A stretch of DNA of 64,000 bases from a virus: the IMG/VR virus record IMGVR_UViG_3300042291_001557, positions 36,257 to 100,256 of that record. The stretch is one strand, 5' to 3'. A model generated the notes under the pieces. The model was not told where the DNA came from, did not search any database, and saw only the letters and a program-made list of their open reading frames with translations. Numbering within the stretch: position 1 is the first letter of the stretch; each line of letters starts with the position of its first letter. A program made the position numbers and the translations under genes. Positions 36,118 to 45,321 of this stretch are shown here, one piece after another.

Positions 36118-37637
36118 TGATTACAGATAAGTTTATAAAAAAACTTACCCAAGGAGTAGCATTTTTCTTAATTGCTGTTGGCGTAAGCGCGTTACCTATT
36201 AATTATTCTTCCGACAGTGGGGTTTTGATTTCAGGAAGCGCAGCTCGTGCAACAACTGGCGGCGGACCAATCGTTCTTGATGGTATGGACCCCGTTTGCC
36301 ACTCTGGCGGAGAAAATACCGGCTTATATATTGCTCGTGTACTAAAGAAAGTTCACGATGGTGCAACAAACCCAAATAATGGCCGCATTGCAATCCTTGG
36401 TTCTAACGGAGCAAATAACTCATGTGGTTCATCATGGGCGACAAAAATTACCCAATACGTATCAGAGTTTACAACAGCCCCTGGTGTTGATTTCTATACA
36501 ACAAATACTCAAATAGAGGCATTTTTTGCTTCAACAATTACTTCCGCACAGCCAGTATTAATCTGGATTCCAGACAACTGGTCTCGCTCTTCAGTAATTG
36601 AAGCAACGTTCACAACAAACGCTGAAAAAATTGCCGACTTCGTTAACTCCGGTGGTGGTTTATTTGCCAACATGGGTTCATACGGTTGGCTTAGCGCACT
36701 ACTTCCAAGCGCCACCTACAACAACGGTGGTTGTAACGGCGGCCCTGATGCAACGGCTGACGGTATTTCAGACTTTGCATTAAGTAACTCAATAGTTGCA
36801 GCCTGTTGGCACGGGTACTTTACCGGAAACGTAGGGACACTAAAGACTCTTGTTGATTATCCATACCCGTCAGTTTCGAGCACTAGAAAAGCAGTTTCTA
36901 TTGGTGGCGGGTCTGTGTCTTTGCCTAGTTCTTTCACTCTTGCCATCAGTCCAGCTACTCCAAATGCTGGAGAAGACCTAACTATTACTGCTACTGCCCA
37001 GACACTTGCTGGAGTCCCTCAGTCCGGAGTAACGGTTACGGTTACTGTCAGTAGTGGCCCAGATGCCGGGCAAACACTAACTGCCACCACTAACGCAAGT
37101 GGCGTAGCTACATTAACGGTTAGGACAAATTCAACTGGAACAGCCGTCTACACAGCTACGGCTACAGTCAACGGCGTAGCCAAAACGGTCTCGGCAACAG
37201 TTTCTTGGAATCCTCCAACTACAACAACAGCTGCTCCTACTACCAGTACAACCAGTACTACCAGTACAACCAGTACTACCAGTACTACTAGTACCACTAG
37301 TACTACCAGTACAACAACCAGCACTCTTGCCCCGAGCACTACTACCAGTATTACTCCAAGCACTACCGTCGCTGTTGTTCCAAGCACCACAATAAAGGCT
37401 GTGCCTAGTACGACTGTTGCCGATACCACGGCCCCAACTACCTCGGTTGTAGAAACAACAGTTCCGATAGTCGCTAAAGTTACGACAACTACGGTTCACG
37501 ACCACAGCACACATAGTCATGATTTGCCTAAAACAGGTGGAGCGTTTACCAAGAGCTTGCTTCTCGGTTTGTCGTCAATACTTTTTGGGATGTTTACACT
37601 TATATATATAAGGCGCAGAGAGTCACAGAATAAATAG
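36117..37637 (+). CDS. LPXTG cell-wall-anchored protein with Ig-like (Big_1-type) domain
   Basis: N-terminal hydrophobic signal; PQSGVTVTVTVSSGP.AG.....TTNASGVA Ig segment; S/T stalk; LPKTG, TM helix and RRRESQNK tail. Confidence 0.85.
   Translation: MITDKFIKKLTQGVAFFLIAVGVSALPINYSSDSGVLISGSAARATTGGGPIVLDGMDPVCHSGGENTGLYIARVLKKVHDGATNPNNGRIAILGSNGANNSCGSSWATKITQYVSEFTTAPGVDFYTTNTQIEAFFASTITSAQPVLIWIPDNWSRSSVIEATFTTNAEKIADFVNSGGGLFANMGSYGWLSALLPSATYNNGGCNGGPDATADGISDFALSNSIVAACWHGYFTGNVGTLKTLVDYPYPSVSSTRKAVSIGGGSVSLPSSFTLAISPATPNAGEDLTITATAQTLAGVPQSGVTVTVTVSSGPDAGQTLTATTNASGVATLTVRTNSTGTAVYTATATVNGVAKTVSATVSWNPPTTTTAAPTTSTTSTTSTTSTTSTTSTTSTTSTTTSTLAPSTTTSITPSTTVAVVPSTTIKAVPSTTVADTTAPTTSVVETTVPIVAKVTTTTVHDHSTHSHDLPKTGGAFTKSLLLGLSSILFGMFTLIYIRRRESQNK
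37240..37322 (+). repeat. 9-bp tandem repeat (ACCAGTACT-like) encoding the TST stalk
   Basis: Direct reading of sequence. Confidence 0.8.
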
Positions 37638-37752
37638 TTTCTCCTATTTGTGTTCCTTTATTTAAGGGCACATTTTAATGAGGTACAATGTAAAAGCGTT
37701 TTTGTAATACAAAAGCGGTCGCGGAAAACTATTCATGCAACGGAGACCACTC

Positions 37753-38289
37753 ATGGCAAGAAAATATTCTTATTACCCCAGTTTTGATGGAAAAGGCGCA
37801 CAAGCAGGAACCCAAAAACTCGTTGAACTTGCGGGCAAGAGATGGAAAGCCACTAATTTGGGGATTTATTCCCCACGATTGATGCGTAACTCCCATACTG
37901 AGGGAAAAAAGATTGGCGACCCAGGCATGGAGAAATTCCTCAGCGTTCACGCTACTGGAGCAGCATGTGACCTCGGCTACACAGACCGTAAGGTTGGTCT
38001 TGAAATGTGGAACTGGTTCTTAGCACATACTCTTGAACTCGGTATCGAAGAAATTCACGACTACGCTTTTGATGCGACCGCGAAAGACGGTAAGCCTGGA
38101 TACGGTCGTGGATATAGATGTTCCCGCGGCGAAGGCACAGACCCTAAGTCGGTCAAGATTTATGACGCAAAAGACAATGCTGGTTCATTCGGGGGCAAGT
38201 GGTTGCATTTAGAGCTTTCTCCTGCAATGGCTAAAGACCCAGCAAAATTTGAAGCTGCATGGCGCGCCCTTCCTAAGCCTGGTGCATGA
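37753..38289 (+). CDS. M15-like zinc peptidase, probable endolysin
   Basis: SVHATGAACD (H-x6-D) and KWLHLE motifs; followed by small membrane proteins. Confidence 0.65.
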   Translation: MARKYSYYPSFDGKGAQAGTQKLVELAGKRWKATNLGIYSPRLMRNSHTEGKKIGDPGMEKFLSVHATGAACDLGYTDRKVGLEMWNWFLAHTLELGIEEIHDYAFDATAKDGKPGYGRGYRCSRGEGTDPKSVKIYDAKDNAGSFGGKWLHLELSPAMAKDPAKFEAAWRALPKPGA

Positions 38290-38295
38290 TTCCGA

Positions 38296-38523
38296 ATGGA
38301 AGCAATCACAGTTGCTCTCATCACGGTAGTCGGTGCCGTACTAGTTGCCCTTGTTGAAAAAGGACGACGTGAAAACAAGTCTGACCACGGAGTCGTATCC
38401 GACAAGCTAGATATTATAGGTAAAAGTCTTGGCCGGTCTATCGACCGTGTTGAGGAAACCGTTGTCCGTAATGAAGTAAAGCTTGACCAGCACATTCGTG
38501 ACCATGTAAAGGGAGACGCCTGA
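38296..38523 (+). CDS. Single-TM coiled-coil protein, holin/lysis-associated candidate
   Basis: N-terminal TM, then coiled coil ending KLDQHIRDH. Confidence 0.6.
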   Translation: MEAITVALITVVGAVLVALVEKGRRENKSDHGVVSDKLDIIGKSLGRSIDRVEETVVRNEVKLDQHIRDHVKGDA

Positions 38524-38771
38524 TGGCCGGCAAGAAGCCAGCAAAGGTAATGGCCGGCACGACAAAACAGGTCGTCCTGGACCCTGCCATATATGGAATC
38601 TCTGTCAAGTATTACGGAACAAAGAACTCGCCAATGATTTGCCCATCTTGCAAGAAACCCTCCGTAAGAGGGATGGTTAGACTCCGTGGAGAAGAAACGT
38701 TTTGTTCCCTGAGATGTGCCGAGCAATCATCTAAAATGAGTACACACGATTCGGGAGATGAAACACAATGA
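38523..38771 (+). CDS. Small zinc-finger protein
   Basis: CPSC...FCSLRC. Confidence 0.6.
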   Translation: MAGKKPAKVMAGTTKQVVLDPAIYGISVKYYGTKNSPMICPSCKKPSVRGMVRLRGEETFCSLRCAEQSSKMSTHDSGDETQ

Positions 38772-39091
38772 GTGACAGTCCACTATTTAAAGCACGTCAA
38801 GCCGAAATGGCAAAGCGCGGCGTAAGCGCTGCCAATATTCCGAGTATTCCAAGTCCGAGCAGGCCTAATCCTTCTAGCCAAGAAGAAATTGACACATATC
38901 GCGCCGAACTAAATGCCAAATACATTGAAGCTGACCTAAAGGTTGAGCAAGAAGAAGCAAAGAAAACCAAAAAGAAGCCTGAACCAGTTATTGCGGCACC
39001 AAAAGAAACTTTTCCTCCAGTGCTAGAGAACAAAGCAATTCAGCCTGACGAAGTTAAAGAAGAAACCAAGGAAGACGAGGAAACGCTGTGA
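38768..39091 (+). CDS. Hypothetical charged protein
   Basis: ATGA overlap, operon context. Confidence 0.55.
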   Translation: MSDSPLFKARQAEMAKRGVSAANIPSIPSPSRPNPSSQEEIDTYRAELNAKYIEADLKVEQEEAKKTKKKPEPVIAAPKETFPPVLENKAIQPDEVKEETKEDEETL

Positions 39092-39327
39092 AAAAGCTAA
39101 GCCCAGAAGAAAGAGCAGCCAAGAAAGAAGGAGCAGCAAACGCTCCTGTTTCCAAATCTGTTAAAGCCAAGCCTGCAAAGAAGAAGCAGGAAGAAGCGCC
39201 AGTTGTTGAAGAGGCTAAAGCCGAAGAACCAGCCGCTGAAGAGACAAAGGTAGAAGAAGCACCTGCAGAAGTAGAAGCTGTCATCGAGCCTGAAGCAGAG
39301 AAAGCCGCAGAAGCTCCTGAGGCGTAA
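39088..39327 (+). CDS. Low-complexity Lys/Glu/Ala-rich protein
   Basis: GTGA overlap and TAATG coupling to next gene. Confidence 0.55.
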   Translation: MKKLSPEERAAKKEGAANAPVSKSVKAKPAKKKQEEAPVVEEAKAEEPAAEETKVEEAPAEVEAVIEPEAEKAAEAPEA

Positions 39328-39641
39328 TGAAGAAGGAACTGTTTCTTAACGTTCTTCTTCGAATATTCGCAACCTTTGCGGCCTCCGGTCTCGGAGTTGT
39401 AGGTGCTGGCGCTATTGCGGGCGTAAGCATGACTAAAGCCATATTGATGGCCGGTATCGCCGGCGTTGCCACCGTTATTGAAGGACTCTCTCGCGCCTTC
39501 CTGGATGACGGAAAACTAACTCTTACGGAGATTAACTCTGTATTCACTCGTTTTGACAAAAAGAGCGCAGTCGCCGACTCTGAAGTTGAAAAAGAGACAA
39601 CCCGTAGAACCCCCAAAACTACAACAACACCTAACGCCTAA
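39327..39641 (+). CDS. Two-TM membrane protein, holin candidate
   Basis: RI.ATFAAS.LGV.GAGAI.G...AG..GVATV.E.L.RAFLDDGKL...EIN..F. Confidence 0.6.
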   Translation: MKKELFLNVLLRIFATFAASGLGVVGAGAIAGVSMTKAILMAGIAGVATVIEGLSRAFLDDGKLTLTEINSVFTRFDKKSAVADSEVEKETTRRTPKTTTTPNA

Positions 39642-39732
39642 AAAACCCGTATTGGTGCTATTTTGTAGTTAGCTCATGGCTGATGTTAAGAGCTGAGCTA
39701 AAAAATTCAAATTTATCCAAACGAGAGTATCT

Positions 39733-40092
39733 ATGGCCCTTGAAGAAATGATGTGGCATAACGACGGCCACAAATTAATACTCAAAATTGTCAAGTCGGA
39801 AATAGAAATAGAGTCCGTCTATTGCCCTCATGGCAACGAAGGCGAATGTTTCATAGACGAGTACGGATGTGCGGTCCGCTGGTTTGCTGACAGGTTCGGC
39901 ATGGAGTGTAATGTTGGTTCTTGCTATGTAGACAAGTCCCTAGATGTCTGCTGGACCCTAGTTGGGAACACAAGAGACATGGAGTCATGCCAAGTTTGGT
40001 TTATGCCTCTTGCTGACGAGGTATTTAGTGCCTGGCTTGTCAGTCTCGGAGTTCAGGCTTCCCCACCTGACTCTGCCGGCCAATTGACATAA
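39733..40092 (+). CDS. Hypothetical Cys-containing protein
   Basis: 119-aa ORF, normal composition. Confidence 0.55.
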   Translation: MALEEMMWHNDGHKLILKIVKSEIEIESVYCPHGNEGECFIDEYGCAVRWFADRFGMECNVGSCYVDKSLDVCWTLVGNTRDMESCQVWFMPLADEVFSAWLVSLGVQASPPDSAGQLT

Positions 40093-40333
40093 TCACTTCC
40101 ATGCCTTTTCTGGTCAATCTGTAAGTATCTCCAGAGACGTTAGATATGCATCCATCTCTAGCAAGAATCTCTGCTGACTTTCTTGCCTTGTTCTTGTCTT
40201 GAATCTTTCCCCTAAAGAGACTTGAGGCCAACGTTACGTCGGCCAGGCCACCCTTGAACTTGACGTATTTAAGAACGAAATGTGTTCCGGAGTTCTCTTT
40301 AAAGCTAACCGAGATGTTGCTATCTAGTTTCAT
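40040..40333 (-). CDS. Winged-helix-like protein
   Basis: LARDGCI......YRLTRKG wing motif; TAGAAT 6 nt before ATG. Confidence 0.55.
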   Translation of the reverse strand: MKLDSNISVSFKENSGTHFVLKYVKFKGGLADVTLASSLFRGKIQDKNKARKSAEILARDGCISNVSGDTYRLTRKGMEVIMSIGRQSQVGKPELRD

Positions 40334-40346
40334 CCCGAAATTCTAT

Positions 40347-40799
40347 CTAGAAAACTGATTCTTCCGTGTTTTTTCCGCCAGATTTGACAACAGTCACACC
40401 AAATAGGCCGGAGATGGCTTCTTTTAGGTGCTGTATATCAGGGTGATTTTTGACTTCTTCGACGTTTACTTTGTAAATATTTTGTCGTTGTGTTTTTGTC
40501 TTTGTAATGAGGCCATTTTGTATCAATAATTTGACTGTTTTATCAATCATTGTCTCACTTAAATCCAAATAAACAGATAAAGCACGCTGAGTCATCGTCG
40601 GGTCTTCCATTAAAGCAATCAAAACCCTCCCAGATGTAGATATTAGGTTTATCGCGTTTTCGTTATGGTACCGAAAGACTTTTTGCTTATCGAGCGTCTT
40701 TAAGACCGCGTTGACCAAGAAGTCAGCATCCTTTGATTCGGAAGAACTAAGGGCTTCTTCTAATGCTCTTTTGACTTCTACTGACCTGTCGACCTTCAT
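40347..40799 (-). CDS. MarR-type winged-helix DNA-binding protein
   Basis: L..DP.MTQRALS..L.LSE..I...VK.L...GLI.K......N.Y. Confidence 0.75.
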   Translation of the reverse strand: MKVDRSVEVKRALEEALSSSESKDADFLVNAVLKTLDKQKVFRYHNENAINLISTSGRVLIALMEDPTMTQRALSVYLDLSETMIDKTVKLLIQNGLITKTKTQRQNIYKVNVEEVKNHPDIQHLKEAISGLFGVTVVKSGGKNTEESVF

Positions 40800-40889
40800 G
40801 AGGTAATACTACATCAACCTGTGGACATAGTGTAGTATTCGTGTTGACATACATGACGCCTTTGGTGTCGTAACCAAGTTGGAGGAAAC

Positions 40890-41174
40890 GTGCTTAAAGA
40901 TGCACTAAGAGCTGTAGCCCAAGGTGAAAGCAAAAAAGCCTGTAAATTTGGCTCCATAACCACATCGCTGGATAAGGAAACAAAAGAGGCGCTTATTCTT
41001 GCTATGGCAAGCGAAGCCTCAACTATGGATATCACAAGGGCACTATGTTCCGACGGTCACTCTATAGGAAGAGATGTCGTAGGTGTAAAAAGAGCATGTT
41101 TCAAGGACCCTTCCTTTAACTGTTGTATACGTGAAACTATCGATAGCTGCATAGCTAAGAACGAGGGTAAATAA
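40890..41174 (+). CDS. Hypothetical protein
   Basis: GGAGG SD; TAATG coupling to phosphoesterase gene. Confidence 0.6.
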   Translation: MLKDALRAVAQGESKKACKFGSITTSLDKETKEALILAMASEASTMDITRALCSDGHSIGRDVVGVKRACFKDPSFNCCIRETIDSCIAKNEGK

Positions 41175-42364
41175 TGTCCGCAAAGAAAGAAACACTTTCT
41201 TCAGCTCTCGGGTCGATGGCCAAAGAAAAGAAGAAATCTGAAGAAAACAAGAAGGTCCTTGAGTCAATTGCAGAAATGCTGAAACTCAAAGATATTAGTC
41301 TCGACGATGTGGGGGACATTAAGAAGATAACAATCAACCAATCTTCCACCCAAAACCCAGATAACCCTTCCGAGACAAGGGATTCAGCCCGAGTAGCAAT
41401 CCAGTTTTCACCCAAATGGGACAACGGTCCGGACTGGCCGATAGTCCAACAAAGCAAGCCCATACAACTACAAAAGACAACGACAAAACCTAAAGCCTCA
41501 ACAGGGTTCAAAACCTGTGTTGTGGTGCCTGATATACAGATAGGTTTCTTCCGAAATAAAGACGGAGAGCTAGAGCCTTCACACGATGACAAGGCTATGG
41601 ATATCGTTTTGGCAATGATAAAGAAGCTCCAACCGGATTTAGTTGCTTGTGTTGGCGACAACCTCGACCTTCCGGAGATGGGAAAGTACGTAACGTACCC
41701 TTCATACGCCCAAACCACCCAGGCTTCAATCGACAGAGCCGCAATGTTCTGCGCTCAAATGCGAGCAGCAGCCCCAAATGCCAAGATTGTCTGGCTGGCT
41801 GGAAACCATGAAGAGAGAATGCCAAAGTATCTAGTTCAGAATGCTGGAGCAGCCTATGGACTACGCAAAGGCAATACCCCAGAATCATGGCCAGTACTGT
41901 CAGTTCCGTATCTCTGCCGAATGGAAGACTACGGAGTCGAGTACAGACCTGGATATCCGGCCGCAGACCTGTGGATAAATAAGAAACTACGTATTATTCA
42001 CGGCGACCGCGTTAAGTCTTCTGGCTCAACAGCCCATGTATATCTAAATAACGAGAAGCATTCTGTTATCTACGGACATATTCACCGTATTGAGACAGCC
42101 TTCAAGACCAGAGAAGACTTTGACGGTGCCCGCACTATCATGGCTGCATCTCCTGGATGCCTTTGCCGTACCGATGGGGCGATTCCGTCCACTCGTGGAG
42201 GCGTAGACCTTGACGGCCGCCCATTAACAAGGCACGAAAACTGGCAACAAGGCGTCGGAGTGGTCACTTACGAAGATACCGGCAAGCACAAGTTCTCCTA
42301 TGAAGTAGCACCGATATACAACGGTTGGTGCATGTTCCGTGGCGTGGAATATATTGCTGAGTAA
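41174..42364 (+). CDS. Calcineurin-like metallophosphoesterase
   Basis: PDIQ.G, GDNLD, GNHE, IHGD, GHIHR motifs. Confidence 0.88.
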   Translation: MSAKKETLSSALGSMAKEKKKSEENKKVLESIAEMLKLKDISLDDVGDIKKITINQSSTQNPDNPSETRDSARVAIQFSPKWDNGPDWPIVQQSKPIQLQKTTTKPKASTGFKTCVVVPDIQIGFFRNKDGELEPSHDDKAMDIVLAMIKKLQPDLVACVGDNLDLPEMGKYVTYPSYAQTTQASIDRAAMFCAQMRAAAPNAKIVWLAGNHEERMPKYLVQNAGAAYGLRKGNTPESWPVLSVPYLCRMEDYGVEYRPGYPAADLWINKKLRIIHGDRVKSSGSTAHVYLNNEKHSVIYGHIHRIETAFKTREDFDGARTIMAASPGCLCRTDGAIPSTRGGVDLDGRPLTRHENWQQGVGVVTYEDTGKHKFSYEVAPIYNGWCMFRGVEYIAE

Positions 42365-43005
42365 TGACAACAATCGTCGGAATTCAGGGAGACGGCTTTG
42401 CCGTAGTGGGGTGCGATACACGCATCTCCTCTTTTAACGAGTCCGGTGACGCCTATCAGATATCTACTCTAGGTAATGGCTCATCCAAAATCGCCGTAAA
42501 TGGCAAATATTTGCTTGGTGCAGCTGGCGAAATGCGAGCAATTAACATATTGCACCATGTATTTCAACCTCCTCCTCCTACCCCAGGACTAAGGGGAAAG
42601 AAGCTTGACTCCTTTATTACGGGTAAATTTATCCCAAGTTTACGAGCTTGCTTTGATTCCCAGGGGTATTCACCCCCTGACTCCGGAGACTCTAAAGAGC
42701 ATAGAGCGGAACAAGGTTCTTCGATTATTGTCGTCACAAACGGCACTATCTACATTATTGAGTCTGACTACAGTTGGACAACAGAGGCTAACTACCTTTA
42801 CTCCATAGGGACTGGCTCTTCTTACGCTCTAGGTGCTTTGCATTCCCTACTAGGGAACAAACGCCCAACCCCAACTCAAGCCAGGTCTGCCTGTACAAAG
42901 GCTTTAACCGTCGCTTCCAAGTTTGACCCTTATACGGGTGCTCCTTTACAGACATTCGTTCAAGAGGCAACCAACCGGAAGTCTTCAAATAAAGACCCTG
43001 AATAA
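42364..43005 (+). CDS. HslV/proteasome-beta-like Ntn peptidase
   Basis: N-terminal (M)TTIVG, D.R.S, KI, GAAG, IGTGSSYALGAL, A...D.YT. Confidence 0.8.
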   Translation: MTTIVGIQGDGFAVVGCDTRISSFNESGDAYQISTLGNGSSKIAVNGKYLLGAAGEMRAINILHHVFQPPPPTPGLRGKKLDSFITGKFIPSLRACFDSQGYSPPDSGDSKEHRAEQGSSIIVVTNGTIYIIESDYSWTTEANYLYSIGTGSSYALGALHSLLGNKRPTPTQARSACTKALTVASKFDPYTGAPLQTFVQEATNRKSSNKDPE

Positions 43006-43075
43006 CAAACGGCCGCTTATTCAAGAGGCTATGTAGTTTCGAAAACCCTAAGAATCCCCATAAGGGTTAAACAAC

Positions 43076-43321
43076 TTACCTAGTAGAAGTACGTATGTCT
43101 GAGTAACAAGCATGGAGTGCTTCAGAGACTGTTTTTTTCGTCCCCGAACCAGAGACTAATACTGAGTTCTTCTCTCGTGACCATGCGTTACACATCCAGC
43201 TATGACCGATATGGAGTAGCTCAAAGTCCATATTCATTAGCTCAAACCACTTTGTGTACTGCTCTAGGTCATGAGACGTGTGAGTTGGCTGTTCGTGTGA
43301 GTGTCCGTATGTAACTGGCAT
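43076..43321 (-). CDS. Hypothetical protein
   Basis: TAGTAT 7 nt before ATG 43321 (leaderless). Confidence 0.45.
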   Translation of the reverse strand: MPVTYGHSHEQPTHTSHDLEQYTKWFELMNMDFELLHIGHSWMCNAWSREKNSVLVSGSGTKKTVSEALHACYSDIRTSTR

Positions 43322-43421
43322 AACTCTAATACTACACAATTGAGTTTACTAATATCGTGTCAGGGTTAGGTATTTATATGTGCTGTAATTAATACGAACC
43401 TATATAAAAGGACGTACAAAA

Positions 43422-43754
43422 GTGCCCAAAGAAAAATCTACTAATAATAATAGTCAACCGTTAGAGGGATTGTATATTGGCAGAAAAGACTGGTTTGGAC
43501 ACGCATCTTGTAAAGGATTGACCAACCTAATGTTCCCCAAAGAACATAAGGACATTACCTATATAGCCGAGGCTAGAAGGATATGTAGTAACTGCCCTGT
43601 TAAGCCGCAGTGCTTGGAGTATGCACTCGAGTTTCCGGCAGCAGATATGCACGGAGTATGGGCCGGATTGACCAGTAGACAGTTAGCCGCAGAGCAGAGA
43701 CGCAGGGGAGTCAAGCCGATTAGACCAACACTTGCTCAGATGTGGAGTCACTAA
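43422..43754 (+). CDS. whiB: WhiB family transcriptional regulator
   Basis: W...ASCKG, ICSNCPV..QCLEYAL, GVWAGLT..Q plus basic tail. Confidence 0.9.
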   Translation: MPKEKSTNNNSQPLEGLYIGRKDWFGHASCKGLTNLMFPKEHKDITYIAEARRICSNCPVKPQCLEYALEFPAADMHGVWAGLTSRQLAAEQRRRGVKPIRPTLAQMWSH

Positions 43755-43831
43755 TGAAGAAGTTCATCATGACGGTTGTTGGGGTTGCGTTAGTTATTAT
43801 TGCGATAGACAGCTGGTTCTGGGGAGGATAG
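43754..43831 (+). CDS. 25-aa single-TM peptide (not in ORF track)
   Basis: TAATG coupling to whiB; MKKFIMTVVGVALVIIAIDSWFWGG. Confidence 0.5.
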   Translation: MKKFIMTVVGVALVIIAIDSWFWGG

Positions 43832-43916
43832 GGATTATCCCTAAAAGCTTCTTAAAAAGAGTCCAAAAAGCTAGGCCTTGCGGCAGAATTTCAAATTCCA
43901 AAATTACAAACGCAAA

Positions 43917-44258
43917 TTACAAAATGCGAATGTTGCAAGTGTTGCAGAACGTCATGCCATCCAACTCGGTTAGTTGCATCGTACAACTAACTTGTCCACA
44001 GGGCTGCAGCAGGGTCTCGCCCTTCATGTATGCGACAATAGACTCCTCCATCGTGGGGAGAGAGTACTGGGCCGTGCCGGGGGTGGGGATTCCTTTGTCT
44101 TCCTGCAGCAGTAGGAAAATCGCGTAGTTCACTACCTGACCTACCGACAGGTCGTGCCGGCGAGAATAGTCAATCAGCTCGTTCTTTAGTGAGCCCTTCA
44201 GGCGTATGTGTACTTCAGACCACTTGTCAGGTTGACGGGACTTCTGAGGCTTACGCAC
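43917..44258 (-). CDS. Ribbon-helix-helix protein with C-terminal Cys cluster
   Basis: VHIRL...LK.EL..YS....LSV..VV; PCG...C...FCNTC. Confidence 0.6.
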   Translation of the reverse strand: MRKPQKSRQPDKWSEVHIRLKGSLKNELIDYSRRHDLSVGQVVNYAIFLLLQEDKGIPTPGTAQYSLPTMEESIVAYMKGETLLQPCGQVSCTMQLTELDGMTFCNTCNIRIL

Positions 44259-44418
44259 TGTCTCTCTCTACGAGAGCTGTTATGTAATCAGTAAGGGTTA
44301 AATCGACAGCATCAGCTTGCTGGATTAATTTTTCTTTAAACTCTTTACTTACCCGGATTGTTACCGTACTAAAGGGTTTGGTTGGAATTATGGTTGGTCG
44401 TCCTGGGTTACGCTTCAT
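44251..44418 (-). CDS. 55-aa ribbon-helix-helix protein (not in ORF track)
   Basis: MKRNPGRPTIIPTKPFSTVTIRVSKEFKEKLIQQADAVDLTLTDYITALVERDSA. Confidence 0.65.
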   Translation of the reverse strand: MKRNPGRPTIIPTKPFSTVTIRVSKEFKEKLIQQADAVDLTLTDYITALVERDSA

Positions 44419-44537
44419 TAAGGAAGATAGTACACGATTGCCGCGACCAATGCGTAGAGCAGTGATTTGCTAAGCGGGTCAATACGTCTTGACCTGTACG
44501 TCCACAATATAAGTGCCGAACCAATAATATACCTCAT
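44418..44537 (-). CDS. 39-aa membrane peptide (not in ORF track)
   Basis: AAGGAG SD 8 nt before ATG; TAATG coupling to next gene; hydrophobic. Confidence 0.5.
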   Translation of the reverse strand: MRYIIGSALILWTYRSRRIDPLSKSLLYALVAAIVYYLP

Positions 44538-44570
44538 CCGATATACTCCTTTTTGTGTGGGTATTCTAGT

Positions 44571-45059
44571 TTAGGCATTATCATCCATCACCGTCAGGTT
44601 ACTAACCTTCTTGTACTTCTTTTGTTCCAACTTTTCTACCACCTTATTATATACCCGTACAAAAGTTTCCCTATCTCCGTTGGTATGCAGGTCGTTGGCT
44701 GATGCTCCCAAAAGGGACATGGTCTCAATCATTGCTTCTGGTCTCTCCCCCTGGTAGAACTGACCACCCTCTGTTGCTTTACGCATGGACTGGAGTATGC
44801 CCCAGCTTGTTGCAGCATCTGGATGCTTTTCGCCGCCCGTCGTCATGTCGATGGCTCGCCGGCGCACTTCACCCGGACGTGGTAGGAAATTGGCATAAAT
44901 CGCTAAATCGTTAAAAGCTTCGCTAGCTACGTCGTACTCGATATCGCTAAGCATGGCGAACCAGGAACGAAAGATGTGTTTCTCGTCAGATAGGAGTATC
45001 TGGAGGTTATACATCGCGTAAGCAATTCTGGTGAGTTCTTCACATTCGAACTTATTCAC
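44571..45059 (-). CDS. Replicative helicase loader/inhibitor-like protein
   Basis: W...L.D..Y.....A.........F.PRPGEVR pattern; near initiator-like gene. Confidence 0.6.
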   Translation of the reverse strand: MNKFECEELTRIAYAMYNLQILLSDEKHIFRSWFAMLSDIEYDVASEAFNDLAIYANFLPRPGEVRRRAIDMTTGGEKHPDAATSWGILQSMRKATEGGQFYQGERPEAMIETMSLLGASANDLHTNGDRETFVRVYNKVVEKLEQKKYKKVSNLTVMDDNA

Positions 45060-45321
45060 CTGTTAGCTCGCGAATCCATTTTAATCCTTTATAGGCCAAG
45101 CTGTCCCAGTCGCCGGCATCAAGCAAAGAAGTTATTTCTTTGTGGATTTCTTCCTCGCTCACGGTCATTGGGTAATTGGCCGAAGTGAACAAAGCGATTA
45201 AAAGAAGAAGACCTACCTCGTCTAAATCTTTGGCTAGATTTATCCGAACGTTGTTCATATTTCCTCGATTCTCGATTAATCCCGGAACGTACCGGTACTC
45301 ATTTTCTTTTTCAAATTGCAT
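45052..45321 (-). CDS. Hypothetical protein (start 45321 or 45258)
   Basis: Fills gap in a same-strand operon. Confidence 0.5.
   Translation of the reverse strand: MQFEKENEYRYVPGLIENRGNMNNVRINLAKDLDEVGLLLLIALFTSANYPMTVSEEEIHKEITSLLDAGDWDSLAYKGLKWIRELTGE

Noticed and set aside
37240-37322. 9-bp tandem repeat as a phase-variation or regulatory element
   Set aside because: In-frame Thr/Ser linker repeat; length change would not shift the frame.
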